A stretch of 64,000 nucleotides of DNA from Octopus vulgaris (GCA_951406725.2 OX597814.1:19654001-19718000); one strand, 5' to 3'. Counted from the first letter of the stretch, positions 15,590 through 28,670 are shown. Notes: generated by a model not told the origin, from the letters alone. Numbers and translations: made by a program.

Positions 15590-16104
15590 AAGTTTATGTC
15601 AAGTAACTTTAAAATTAAAAATTCTATATACCAGTGTAAAATTACTACTCATAATTAAGTATTTTTTTAATATTGGAAGCACGTCTTTACAGTTATCTAA
15701 AAGGATTTCTAATCACTACTCGACATTTAGGGATAGGAATAAACGTAACAGTACAGGGCTCAGGAAATTAATTTAGGATCTAAAAGACCACAATAAACAG
15801 TTGAACTTAGATTGGTTGATTCTCTCAATCTCGATGCCTTATGACAAAGCCAAGGAATTCTGTCTTTGTCAGTCATTAAGATAGTGCTTTGAAGCTTTTG
15901 AGTTGTTTTAACTTTTCTTTCTAGCAATAGTGGTGCTAGTGAGTATCCTTTGTCACTTTTGTGAACGCCAAGGAATTCTGTCTTCTCTGTAATTCTGAAC
16001 TATTTTTCATTATTTTTCCTAAAAATCCCCTAGTAAACATGGTTATAGAACGTGCATACCAATGTAAACATTGGCAAAAACACACCTTTAGTTCATATAA
16101 GTGA
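15590..16104 (+). pseudogene. Degenerate Naiad-type PLE GIY-YIG endonuclease, interrupted by a 100-bp insert
   Basis: IGSTSLQLSKRISNHYSTFRDRNKRNSTGLRKLI*DLKD...W.IL...PY...FCLLCNSE...LVN...CKH aligns by eye with the 60808-61239 protein. Confidence 0.8.
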
Positions 16105-16213
16105 TCTCTGTCATTATAAATAATTTAAACATTAATTTTCTTTTTATATTTCACATTCACTAAATATATATTTTCCTAGTATATAAGGTTTTATTTAATA
16201 TATATATATATAC

Positions 16214-16322
16214 AATGTAGGCTCGAAACGTTAAATACTTTTTCACTTCCCGAGCGTTAAACTAATACATGTGTCTGTTGTCTACACCACCTGTCTTCGT
16301 CTTTTGTGTTTTTGTGTATTCT

Positions 16323-16326
<4 letters not shown>
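16214..16326 (+). mobile_element. PLE pLTR 3' portion with half hammerhead (CGAAACGTTA)
   Basis: GAAAC-GTT-A palindromic minimal stem III, T-rich tail, (TA)n on both sides, downstream of the GIY-YIG relic. Confidence 0.55.
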
Positions 16327-16358
<32 letters not shown>

Positions 16359-16378
16359 TTATGTACATTTATGTACAT

Positions 16379-16410
<32 letters not shown>

Positions 16411-16531
16411 GAGCGTGTAAATAGATAGATAGACAGATAGATATAAATGCGTTCTTATAAGTACGCATGAATATGTATGTGCGTAAGTGAATGCGAGAGA
16501 AGGCGAGAAAGAGCCAATAACACATGTCGTT

Positions 16532-16592
<61 letters not shown>

Positions 16593-17381
16593 TTACAGAT
16601 ACACACAAACAGTGAGGAGTCATTAGAGCGCCGCACATTAATAGAGATTAATAGCGGGTTCAGGAGTTCAAGGCAGATGGTGGAAGCGACACACAACTTG
16701 TCAGTGTTAGAAAGTTGAATTGATTCTTTCTTTAACCTGTCATCACATATACAACGATCTTTCTCTTAACATTGAGCCATGCTGGACAGACTGACCGTGC
16801 TTAACATTAGAAAGATTGACCGTACTTAGCATTCAGCCTGTGTCAGATAACTACTCTATCACGAAACAGCAAAGGAACCAGCACACGTTCGCTTGACCTG
16901 TTAGAAACAATAGTCAAATAGCCATTAACGTACATCCTAATGCTTTAAAAACACGATAGTATACACTGGGTAATGTCGTTTTAAATACATAATGTCTGAA
17001 TAAGCAATGAAATAGTCATGGGTGACACGTCTTTGAATACGTCTGTTGGATTAGGCATCGTATGCGATTAAACAACACCATTAGCCGCAAAACATCAATA
17101 AGAGTGGTTTCTACGTTGACGTTTCCCTGCTAGAAACAGCAGCTATATCTGAAAATCATTTCTTACTGTCTTAAAATGGAATATTGGAAATATATAGACA
17201 TTATATATACTTTCACTCATAGGAAAAAGACCTCTTAAGATAAGGAGAGAAAAAAAGCTACAAACCTTGAAGCGGTTCTTTCCCCTAAAAGAGAATATTA
17301 ACCCTCTCTGTCATCTCACAGTAGTCGCTCTCTCCTCCCCCTCTCTCTCTTTCCCTCTCTCTCTCCCTCTGTCTCTCTCCC

Positions 17382-17447
<66 letters not shown>

Positions 17448-17450
<3 letters not shown>

Positions 17451-17740
17451 GGAATATTATTCCAAACTTACAGGGAAAAAATTCAATTTAGAAATACTAA
17501 ATCAAATTTCACAAAATATGATATATAAATGTATATAAATTAGAAAAACACCACCTTTTATCAATTCAACAATGAAAAATCTAAATTATACCATTTAGAA
17601 AAAATTACATCTTATAGAAAAATTAAATATAACATAAAACATATACCAATGATTAAGTAATCTACAAAATATTTATTACTATGGTATAATTTAATTTTTT
17701 CATTGTTGAATTGATAAAATGTGGTTTTTTTCCTAATATA
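17448..17740. repeat. (TA)n-flanked AT-rich element with ~55-bp inverted repeat
   Basis: 17540-17594 pairs with 17681-17736. Confidence 0.65.
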
Positions 17741-19040
17741 TATATATATATATTACTCCATAAGCAACTATAAGCAGCAACATCTGTAGATCCCAGTCAA
17801 GTAACCATGTGTAATAGTTATACTATATTAAAAGATAACGGAATGATCAAAGCCAGACCACTTTTGATCATCCGTCTGTTCGATCAGAGCTGACCGGGGA
17901 TTACACCACAAGGATAACGACAACTATTATTTTAACTGCGATAGTATCTCAACAAGAAGAGACGGTGGTAATATTTTCTCCCAAACTTGATTCCTAAGTA
18001 AACCCTAAGTTTCAGTTCTTCCATTGATTTCAAAACATTCTTGTTCTTCTTGTGCATAAGAAAAGAACAAGTAATACAATGTGGCCGGATGTCATAACAC
18101 CCGAGCAACGCCGGGGTGCACTGCCGGTCATATATAAAATAAAATGGAAAATAATGTATAATGTAAGGTAATAACGATGCTTCGTGTAACATAGAGTGCG
18201 CTGCTGTGTTGCTTGTAGTGGTTCCAATTTTCTCAACCTTCAAATGATATGAAATTTGCGTTTCAAAGCAGGAATTTGTTCCAGACATTTCAATACGTCC
18301 TTATATCTTTTATATTTTTTTTCCTTTTGTTCCTATCGTAGGATTTTGGCTCTCTCGTTCAACATGGTGTGAATAAAGGAACAACGCCAGATTGTAGTGT
18401 TACAAGCTACTAACGCAATTACCCTGTTTTAATCAGTGATTTATTATTTCGACGTCGAATTAACCACTTACGCGTCATCATCCTTCACGATAAAGTATTA
18501 TTGCTGTTTAAGCACATACTCCTCCTGAGTCGACCAAAGATTATTACTAACATTCCTGCGGTAACTGTCCTGTATTCTCTAGTATGGCCTACATTTTACT
18601 TCTTAGTCAGGAAGGAAAAAGACAGCCGTCATCACTTTTTTTATTTATCTTTTATCGTTTGCATACGTATGTTCGCACGCGCACACACAGACACACGCAC
18701 ATACACATACAGAAACACACACACAAACACACACACATATATACAGAGTGGGGCAAAATGAGCTGATGACACATTTGTAGGTTTATTCTTTTACTCTTTT
18801 TCTTGTGTCAGTCATTTGACTGTGGCCATGCTGGAGCACCGCCTTTAGTCGGGCAAATCGACCCCAGGACTTAGTCTATCGGTCTCTTTTGCCGAACCAC
18901 TAAGTTACGGGGACGTAAACAGACCAGCATCGGTTGTGAAGCGATGTTGGGGGGACAAACAGACACAGAAACATATAAACACACACATACATACAAACAT
19001 ACATACATACATACATACATATCTATATCTATATCTATCT

Positions 19041-19271
19041 CTCTCTCAAAACCTGTTACTCTGAGTTTCTCTGTTACTCTCTCAAAACCTGTAACTCTCT
19101 CAAAACCTGTTACTCTGAGTTTCACGTTCCCGTCCGACGAACGGGAATGTGAAACTCAGAGTAACAGGTTTTGTTGAATTTCCTGCTGCTTTTGAATAAA
19201 GCATATTATTCTACCACTGGTATTTGAGTACTCTTTTTTCCACCTTGTTTCACATTTATGTATTTACTCCA

Positions 19272-19272
<1 letters not shown>
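19041..19272 (+). mobile_element. PLE pLTR with inverted, reiterated 5' end
   Basis: 33-bp hairpin arms at 19101-19133 and 19141-19173, extra partial inverted copies at 19041-19100, AATAAA, then (TA)n. Confidence 0.7.
19129..19168 (+). ncRNA. Minimal type I hammerhead ribozyme (U4C core)
   Basis: CCCGT-CCGACGA-ACG GGAA TGT-GAAAC-TCAGA-GTA-ACAGG; GNRA-capped stem II; predicted cut after 19163. Confidence 0.65.
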
Positions 19273-19329
<57 letters not shown>

Positions 19330-19583
19330 GACGGGCTTTATTCAGTTTCCTTCTACCCAAATCTACTCATATGGTTTTGGTCGGCCCGAGGCTATAGTAG
19401 AAGATACTTGCCCAAGGTGCCACGCAGTGGGACTGAACCTGGAACTATGTGGTTGGTAAGCAAACTATTCACCACACAGCCACTCCTACGCCTAACATTT
19501 TGATAACATTTTTTTCATTCTTTTCTCTATTTCGCTTTTATTAAACCTACAAATGTGTCAGGTTATTATATATAGAGAGCTGT

Positions 19584-19669
<86 letters not shown>

Positions 19670-20833
19670 TTGATTTCTTTTCAAAAGAACCTTTTTTTTT
19701 CTTTTAAGGAAAAGAGAATGTGATATTGCGACTGAGATCTTTCCAATGGTTATTATTAACAACTTATATTATAAAGAATGTCTTTTACCTAGAAATGAAA
19801 CTACCTCTTGATACTGACTTGCCATTGTTTGTCCTTTGACCTGCAATATTCGCTACAAAATAAATCAGTAAAACCAACGGTTTTGAAAAGACTTTTGAAT
19901 CGAAGTCAGTATGAACGGTACTACTATTGCCATTCATCCCAGAAGAATGAAAGAACTAATCTGACTCCAAGAAAATTGAAAAATAATATTGGCTACGGTG
20001 GGCTTTGAAACTAGAACTTTAACATTAATATGAAGCCTGCGTTCTTAGCCATACAACGATCCTTTGTTCGTTTGAAAGGAACAGTTTTGTGAAATGAATT
20101 GTGGCCTTTATATTGCTTGTTATTTCATCAACTTCAGATGGCGAACATAATCAATCACCCGCTTTTTGCTCTACCACAACCACCACCACCGCCACCGCCA
20201 CCACAACCTGGCCTTCGCCTTTCGGTCTTCCACCAGTCTCGAAGCTTTTTCACAAATACAGGAACATAGGTGCCGTTCTTCCGCCGCTAAGCAAGCTATG
20301 AAAGAGAAATATATTTTTTTTTAAATGTCGACTGACTCCAGCGATCCTGAACCGCTGAACCAAGAACGACAATTTCAGTTAATATATATTTTTTCACATG
20401 CCAACACATCGTGACACTTTTAAATCCTGTTATCCTCTCGGGGATAAGCCAAACGTTAGAGGAAGCCGACATCCAGCTACTTAATATATTATATCAAAGG
20501 ATAAGCTGATATTTCAACTACACTGATCGCTACCAGCCTATTAAATGTCCTTGGTACGAATCTTAGACGATCAGACAGTTGCGTTTGTTTATTTTCTGTT
20601 CGATGATGATAAGCGTTCGGATTTCTCATTCGACCTTCTTTCTTTTCTTCGTTTCTTCTTCTTTTCCTTCACCCAATCCCCCCCCCCCCCATCTTTCTCT
20701 CTCTCTCTTTTTCTCTCTTCTCTTAGAATCAGTTTTCTCAGCATAGGTAGGTGGAAGATATAACGAAAATTAATTTCCTTTCTCACTTTTAAACAATATC
20801 AATTTTCAGCAAAGAACAAACTTCCATCAATGG

Positions 20834-20875
<42 letters not shown>

Positions 20876-21269
20876 CACTACATATGGTAATACTTCTATT
20901 AGTAGTAGCACTGCTACTTCTGAAACGGTCCAATAACAATATCAACACGGAATTGTTATTTGTTTTTAATTTTAATTTTTAAATTTATTTCACACTTATT
21001 TTTTTAGCATTTGTTCTTGTTTTGTTCCTTTTCATCTGTGATTTCAGCTTGAGATACGATAGTTTAAATCCTTTTATTTCTAAGTTTGCCATATATATTT
21101 TTTCGTAATTTTTTATCTTTATTTCTTTTTAGCCATCACTCATCCGATTTAGACACATCTGTAGTTTTAGTCAGCGGATCCGGACACACACATACAATCA
21201 CACTCTCACGAATGTGTATGTGTGTGGGTGTGTTTCGGTGAAGCATGCAAATTTTCAACGCTTTTACAG

Positions 21270-21371
21270 GTTTAAGTCATTGGACTGCAGCCATAATGAG
21301 GCACACCTTCAAGAGTTATTGTCAATCTTATTGACACCTGTCTGTTTTTTATTCTGGTAAATATTTTATAG

Positions 21372-21412
<41 letters not shown>

Positions 21413-21715
21413 CTTGCTAAGCTACCATTTCCACACAACATTGACGTTTACGTCGGTACCCAGGTACACCCCATACATACATCCGTAATACATACATACA
21501 TACATACATACATACATACATACATACATACATACATACATACATACATACATGCATACATACATTTATACATACATACATGCATGCACGCATACATACA
21601 AATTCCATTCACAAGGTTACACTAAAGATATTTGCCTGATAATGTCACGCTGTAGGATCGAACCCGAAATCATGTTGTAGCGAAGAAAACTTCTTAATTA
21701 TACAATCATTCCTGT
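21270..21715 (-). mobile_element. Old family A SINE
   Basis: AGTCATTGGACTGCAGCCAT tail region and diverged head (GGATCGAACCC) around internal microsatellites. Confidence 0.55.
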
Positions 21716-21821
21716 CCCTAAGTGTGTGAGGAGAAAGTGAGAGAGGGGCGAGACAGATGGAGAGAGAAAGAAAGAGGAAGATAGACAGAGAGACGGAGGG
21801 ATAGACAGACAAAGAGAGCGA

Positions 21822-21885
<64 letters not shown>

Positions 21886-22380
21886 CGCAGCAGCAGCAGC
21901 AGCAGCAGCAGCGACGGCGGCACCAGCAATAGCAGCAACAGCAGCGGCGGCAGCGGTGGTTGTCGCCGTCGTAATGGCGTTCATGTTATTAGAAGAAGAA
22001 CCCGATATGGGAACAGGTGCCCGTGCTTGGCAGTGAGAAAAGGAATACTTGAAGTCGGTCTATTTACGGTAAATTAAGATGGCTTTCTGAAAAGAAAAAA
22101 GAAAACAAACGTGAATCCGGCTCATATTCTATACCCAGAAGACTTTTTCAAGACCATAGATAACCAGATGGTTTATGAAATCAATTGACAGGCCACAAAA
22201 CAGCCTAGTCGAGGCTGTAGTTAAAAACCTATCGTTTTAATGAATCACAAATCTAGAACCAGTACTCAACTCAGGTCTCCATATTCATTTTGTATAGGTT
22301 AAGATATATATTCCCCGGGATAGAAAGCTATTTACTCGCAGGTAATTTTTCTAGAATGTGCTAGCACATTCTTTCCAATC

Positions 22381-22591
22381 AAAGGAACACTCTGATCGTG
22401 AGATTAACGTGCAAGTGGTTGAACTCTCCACAGCCACGTGTACCCTTAACGGAGTTCTCGGGGATAGTCAGTGTGACACAAGGTGTGACAAGGCCGGCGC
22501 TTTGAAATATAGGTACTACTCATTTTTGCCAGCTGAGTGGACTGGAGCAACGTGAAATAAAGTGTCTTGCTCAAGGACACAACGCGTTGCC
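22381..22591 (-). mobile_element. SINE fragment with body shared with 24884-25270 and core shared with 55417
   Basis: ATTAACGTGCAAGTGG...CCCTTAACGGAGTTCTCGGGGA and AGTGTCTTGCTCAAGGACACAACGC. Confidence 0.7.
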
Positions 22592-22626
22592 AAAATGCCC
22601 TAACCACTATACATATATATATATAT

Positions 22627-22672
<46 letters not shown>

Positions 22673-22804
22673 TGAGTGAGAGGGACATATATATACTCGT
22701 TTTTACGTACTCATATTCATGCACCATAAAATGTACATATCCAGAAAATTGTATTTACAAAAGAAATATTTGTTTCAAATTTTAACAGAAGGCTGTCTAT
22801 TTCG

Positions 22805-22990
22805 GGGAGAGCGTAAGTCGATTGCATTGACCCATGTATCTGGGTGTCAACTGGTACTTATTTCATTGAACCCCGAAAGGATGAAAGGCAAAGTCGTCCT
22901 CAGCGGAATTTGAACTCAGAACATGAAGACTAACGAAATACCGCAAAGCATTCTGCCCGGCATGCTGATGATTCTGCTAGCTCGACGCCT
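22805..22990 (-). mobile_element. Family C SINE
   Basis: CCCCGAAAGGATGAAAGGCAAAGTCGTCCTCAGCGGAATTTGAACTCAGAAC. Confidence 0.75.
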
Positions 22991-23305
22991 TTGCACGAAA
23001 AGAAATATTACCTAGAAATACACAAATACACACCAAACGTGTACGCGCAAAGTCATACATATATGTAAGTGTGTGTAAATGTGCCCCGATGCAAAATGTC
23101 AGTTACTTGGGTGCAAAACTGTAGCCTACAACTTCTAATATACATACTTGTATTCATTTTTATAACGTTTGTACGTATGTACGCACGTACGAACATGCGT
23201 ATGCATGTATGTATGTATGTATGTATGTATGTATGTATGTATGTATGTATGTATGTATGTATGTATGTATGTATGTATGTATGTATATATATATGTATAC
23301 ACATG

Positions 23306-23540
23306 CACGGTGGCCCAAAAGTAGGTTTACAGTTATTCTACTATGTCTTTCACATTCGTATGTTAACAGTTTAGATCTTAATTTTAAAAAAGTATGTAAC
23401 TATTACTCTATACTAATTTAGTTAATTTTGTCAAGCTCCCTTTTCAGTTTGTAAGACAGAAATTTAAATGTAATAAAATGTTTTAAAAGAACTTTAAAGT
23501 GCATATGTGATAACTCTAAATCTACTTTTCGGACACTCTG
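23306..23540. mobile_element. Tc1/mariner-type MITE (235 bp)
   Basis: ~31-bp imperfect TIRs CACGGTGGCCCAAAAGTAGGTTTACAGTTAT / ATAACTCTAAATCTACTTTTCGGACACTCTG|TA. Confidence 0.7.
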
Positions 23541-24359
23541 TATGTATCTATGAATACATATAATGCACAGAACTGGATATCAATATAGATTTGAATATCA
23601 GTATACAGGAACGGATATCGACAGGTGACTATAGATTATCGTTGATACTTTGCTGTCAACAGAAACTTATATAAAATTCTGAATGACAATGCTTACCTCC
23701 TCGAGGAGGGGGCTCTATCGGAATGATGGATTGATAGATGCTCATATGGTGACGAAGTGAGAAAGAGACGGTTCACTGGACGGATTAGTGGTTAGATGAT
23801 AGATATAGGAGGATGGTTGGATGAGAAATTGGTTGATGCATGAATGGGTTGGGACGGAAATATAGATGGATGAATGGTGATAGACACAGATAGATAGATA
23901 TCTTCTAAAGACGTATTATTGTATTAACATGTGGATTTTATGATGAGATTATGACGAGAGAAAAGAAAGGAACGAATTTGTTACTATATTGGATCAATGT
24001 ATAAATTGATGGATGATCATTGATAGCTAGATGCCTGGATGAGGGCAGAGCTGAATGGACATATGGATAGATGGACGAGTAAGTGGATAGAGGGATATGT
24101 AGATGGATGGGTAATGGATTATTAGGAGGGGTGAATACATGAATAAATAAAATATTTAGATGTATTTAAGGATAAATGGATCACGAATGAGGGATGAACT
24201 GGATTAATCGTTTCGAGAATAGGTGCATAAGTAAGCGGAGAGACTGATTATTATTGAAGAGAAATAAATACAATAGAGAAACAATTGGAAATAAGGGTGT
24301 GTGTGTAAGTGCGCGCACGAATGTAAACCTGCACGTATAAACATATACACATATATAGT

Positions 24360-24477
24360 GGAGGCGCAATGGCCCAGTGGTTAGGGCAGCGGACTCGCGG
24401 TCATGGGATCGCGGTTTCGATTCCCAGACCGGGCGTTGTGAGTGTTTATTGAGCGAAAACACCTAAAAAGCTCCACG
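24360..24477 (+). mobile_element. Family B SINE head, 3'-truncated
   Basis: GGAGGCGCAATGGCCCAGTGGTTAGGGCAGCGG, near-identical to 24884. Confidence 0.85.
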
Positions 24478-24878
24478 ATAGGGATTAAGAGTTAAAAAGT
24501 AGATTTATAAGGTTATTGGGTTTACCTAAGGGGTATTGTGGAAATATACTGTATAGTCGTTTAGGTATATTTATATATATATATATATATATGTATATAT
24601 CTGTGTGTGTGTGTGTGTGTATATGTATTATGTATAGTAATGTTTATGTGCCAAAAGAATGTGGCAGTCCTATAAAGGACGATGTTACTGTTGTTTTAGC
24701 CCCAGGAAAACATCTTTTACAGCTGGCTTTCGACTCACAGTTTATGTCCGTATACCATTTACAAGGGAGGTCATCGATCCCATCTCTAGCCTTACGTGAC
24801 ACTCACAGAGCTAAGTTTCTGAATGTTGTTCTATATTTTACTAAAATGACAAGGCGGTCACAACTAATATATATTATT
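24478..24878 (-). mobile_element. Fragment of the PLE-derived element at 45298-46910
   Basis: Near-identical reverse complement of 45298-45768. Confidence 0.85.
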
Positions 24879-24883
24879 TTTGT

Positions 24884-25270
24884 GGAGGCGCAATGGCCCA
24901 GTGGTTAGGGCAGTGGACTCGCAGTCATAGGATCGCGGTTTCGATTCCCAGACCGGGCGTTGTGAGTGTTTATTGAGCGAAAACACCTAAAAGATCCACG
25001 AGGCTCCGGCAGGGGATGGTGGTGATCCCTGCTGTACTCTTTCATCACAACTTTCTCTCGCTCTTACTTCCTGTTTCTGTTGTACCTGTATTTCAAGGAG
25101 CCGGCTTTGTCACTCTCTGTGTCACGCTGAATATCCCCGAGAACTACGTTAAGGGTGCACGTGTCTGTGGAGTGCTCAGCCACTTACACGTTAATTTCAC
25201 GAGCAGGCTGTTCCGTTGATTCGGATCAACCGGAACCCTCGTCGTCGTAACCGACGGAGTGCTTCCTTTC
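24884..25270 (+). mobile_element. Full family B SINE with an alternative 3' body and tail
   Basis: Same tRNA head as 14569 but a different 3' half ending GTCGTAACCGACGGAGTGCTTCC. Confidence 0.85.
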
Positions 25271-25334
25271 CTAGACACATATATGTATATATTCTCTATC
25301 ATTTTTTTTTTTTTAATTTTTTATTTTACATACT

Positions 25335-25537
25335 CCAGTCATTGAACTGCAGGCATGCTGGGACACCGCCTTAAAGAACTTTCAGTCGAACAAATCATCA
25401 CCATTATTTTATTTTTTTAAATCTCTTGCTTATTTTATCAAAACACTTTCGTCGACCCTCTAAGCTACAGGGATTTAAATAAACCAACACTGGATGTCAA
25501 GCGGCGGTAGGGGACAAACTCAGACACAAAGACACAA

Positions 25538-25545
<8 letters not shown>
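25335..25545 (-). mobile_element. Family A SINE 3' half
   Basis: CAGTCATTGAACTGCAGGCATGCTGGGACACCGCC. Confidence 0.65.
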
Positions 25546-25604
<59 letters not shown>

Positions 25605-25704
25605 CAGATGCAGATCGACAGGTACAGCCACTGCAGATGGCTGTTGTGATTGTACCTGCTGACGTGTTTCCTTCAGGTTTCATAGAACCTAGTCATGCCT
25701 TAAA

Positions 25705-26800
25705 TATATATATATATACAAATTGAGATAGGGGTTGTAAATGCAACCCTCCATGGGATAACATATATCCAATATACTGCTAGTGAAGTACCCAACAAAG
25801 TTGATACATAAATGTTAAAAATTGCGATGCAATTAATTCATTTACTGTATTATATGGGCAAAGGTAAAATGTTTTACCACAAATTCATAATACAAAATAA
25901 GAAAAGGGAGAAATACATCCAAATCAAATATCAATTACCAGATAATACCCAATCACATACTTTAATAAACCACCACATAAGAAACTTTAAGGTCAAACAT
26001 AATAATATAGAACAAAACAGTGTACATAAAGGAGTGTACATAAAGGAGTAATGTGATACAATAAGTACAATATGTATAAGAGAATATAAATATAAATAAA
26101 TATAAATATAAACTACATCTTACAGCTGTTTCGGCCATGCAGATAAGTATGTCTCATTTTACTTATATTAGCCATTTATGGTAGGTCAATATGTAGTTAT
26201 AAATGAGACATTTACAAAATATTCTAAGGCCTCTTCGGAGATTATGTGATACAAATCAGATTACATATACACTTATATAGGTGTGGGTACATACCCATAA
26301 TAAATCATATACATATACATATGAGTGCATATACTCATACTCCTATACATATATATATACATATACATAATAATATAAATAATATAAATCAATCAATAAA
26401 CATACATATGTTCCACATTCAATGTTACAGTTTTTCAACTTAATATTGTGATATTACAATGTAGAAAACATACACATATTAATACCTAAATGCAGATATA
26501 CAGAGTCAAGAGTACATTATATTAATTCTTATTAATTTCCAAAATGTCATTAATGTTAACATCATTACTATTGTCATTACCACTAATGCTACCAATATCA
26601 TTATTCTTATCATTAATAACGCTAATACTAGTAAAACAATATATAGATTCCATTATTAGCAATATAGTAGCAAAAACTCAGGACCACAATAGTACTACAG
26701 TACCATGCAAAGCGTTAAATATCTGCATATACATACAAAATATGAAATAAAAGCATTCTGTTTACACGACATTAAGATCCACAGGTGCACAGATGTACAT
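25705..26800 (-). mobile_element. PLE-like 3' UTR/pLTR remnant
   Basis: Contains the HHR at 26117-26242, has a T-rich sense strand and ends at (TA)n; 5' boundary uncertain. Confidence 0.5.
26117..26242 (-). ncRNA. Type I hammerhead ribozyme with long stem II (U4C core)
   Basis: Minus strand ATCT-CCGAAGA-GGCC-[~95 nt including ATGTCTCATTT/AAATGAGACAT helix]-GGCC-GAAAC-AGCT-GTA-AGAT. Confidence 0.72.
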
Positions 26801-27009
26801 CCGAGTTCAAATTTATAATTTCCATTGTGACACAAATACATTATAACTTTCAGAAATAGTTACGAATCTAGCGCTAAAATATGATTGGCTTGTGGATTTA
26901 AATTTAAATTACCATTGTCTTCTTTACGGTTGGTTTGTTGAGAGATATCCACACACTTACTCTTGCATACGTGTTCCCACACCCAACTACAAAGCCACAC
27001 GCCTCTACA

Positions 27010-27583
27010 TATATGTATGTACGTACGTACGTATGTATGTATGTATGTATGTATGTATGTATGTATGTATGTATGTATGTATGTATGTATGTATGTATGT
27101 ATGTGTGTGTGTATGTGTGTGTGTATGTGTATGTATGTATGTATGTATGTGTGTGTGTGTATGTACGTATGTACGTACGTATGTATGTATGTATGTATGT
27201 ATGTATGTACGTACGTATGTATGTATGTATGTATGTGTGTGTATGTATGTATGTACGTATGTATGTATGTATGTATGTATGTATGTGTGTGTGTGTATGT
27301 ACGTATGTATGTATGTATGTACGTACGTATGTATGTACGTACGTATGTATGTATGTATGTATGTATGTATGTATGTATGTATGTATGTGTGTGTGTATGT
27401 ACGTATGTACGTATGTATGTATGTATGTATGTACGTATGTACGTATGTATGTATGTATGTATTACGGATGTATATATGTATGGGATGTATGTATGTATGT
27501 GTGTGTGTATGTGTGTGTGTATGTACGTATGTATGTATGTATGTATGTATGCATGTGCATATGTGTGCGTGTATGTATGTATG

Positions 27584-27617
<34 letters not shown>

Positions 27618-27665
27618 TGTATGTATGTATGTATGTACGTATGTATGCATGCATGCATGCATGCA
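27010..27665. repeat. Long interrupted (TATG)n microsatellite
   Basis: Direct reading. Confidence 0.95.
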
Positions 27666-27719
27666 AGACGATTTCAGGTTTGAAAATCTCTATGACAGTA
27701 CATAGAGATCATATACCAC

Positions 27720-27905
27720 AAAATGACTTCGATTAATCCAGCGGAAGTTACAGCCATCGTCTGTCAACTGTGTTTCAAACTACGCAAGCCTGCGGATGGG
27801 ACTAAATAATTATCTGAGAGGTCATGGACGGAGAGACAGAAATGCCATTGACAACGAAAAAGCACAGAGAAATGGCAATCGTCTGTGAAGATGGAGTAAT
27901 AATAC
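27720..27905 (+). mobile_element. Possible RTE/BovB-like LINE 3' end relic with zinc-finger remnant
   Basis: IVCQLCFKLRK...G(fs)LNNYLRGH followed by a short stem-loop-like tail. Confidence 0.35.
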
Positions 27906-28240
27906 AATGAGGATAACCACACATTGCAGCCAACTGCTATTCGACATTTAATCATTGTTTAAAAGACAATTAATTTATTAGCTTACTGAAATATATCTTT
28001 ATGCATCTAAGTGGGGGTTGATGGGGCGAGTGCAGGAAGCGAGGTAGTTTTATATTTATTTATTAGTACCTGTTAAGCTCGGCTTTATCTTCTTTAGCGC
28101 CTGTGAGTCGGTATCAGTGTTTGAAACCCTATCAGAAGCGCTTATTTACTGCTCTCTCGCCTGACTATAATGTTTGGTGCGGAATTAATCTAATGATACA
28201 AAGGAAGCAAAGAAAGGTTTGGTGTCAATGGGGGAAAAAG

Positions 28241-28276
<36 letters not shown>

Positions 28277-28388
28277 GAGAGAGAGAGAGAGAGGGGGAGA
28301 GAGAGGGAGAAAAGAGAGACTGAGAGAAAGAAACGGAGTGAGAGAATTATGAGCGGAAGGTAACAGATACATAGACGGATCATTAGAT

Positions 28389-28449
<61 letters not shown>

Positions 28450-28639
28450 ATGTGAAAGTGTGCGCATTTATGTGAATCTGTGTGTTTGTGACAGGAAGAA
28501 AAGAGATGTGACAGACAGAGATAAAGAGTATGTATTACACACATAATACACGTCTATGCATGTATATATATATATAAGCATGTGTGTGTAATATATATAT
28601 AAACATGAATATATGTGTAAGTATGTATATGTATGTATG

Positions 28640-28670
<31 letters not shown>

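Larger units (their letters stand above)
18788..19493 (-). mobile_element. Family A SINE split by a pLTR insertion in its internal microsatellite
   Basis: Both halves match 24-460 and 47040-47494. Confidence 0.85.
18744..19560. mobile_element. Tc1/mariner-type MITE remnant hosting a SINE
   Basis: TA|CAGAGTGGGGCAAAA start; 19-bp inverted repeat TGACACATTTGTAGGTTTA (18767-18785) / TAAACCTACAAATGTGTCA (19542-19560). Confidence 0.55.

Noticed and set aside
18099-18130. Helitron-like 3' hairpin CCCGAGCAACGCCGGG
   Set aside because: Terminal CTAG is altered and no 5' end was found; not annotated as an element
21840-22110. Possible exon (GC-richer stretch with a strong minus-strand polypyrimidine-AG at 22087)
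   Set aside because: All three frames stop shortly after the acceptor; no recognisable protein
24360-24435. tRNA gene
   Set aside because: Degenerate cloverleaf that continues into a SINE body and is repeated three times in the window
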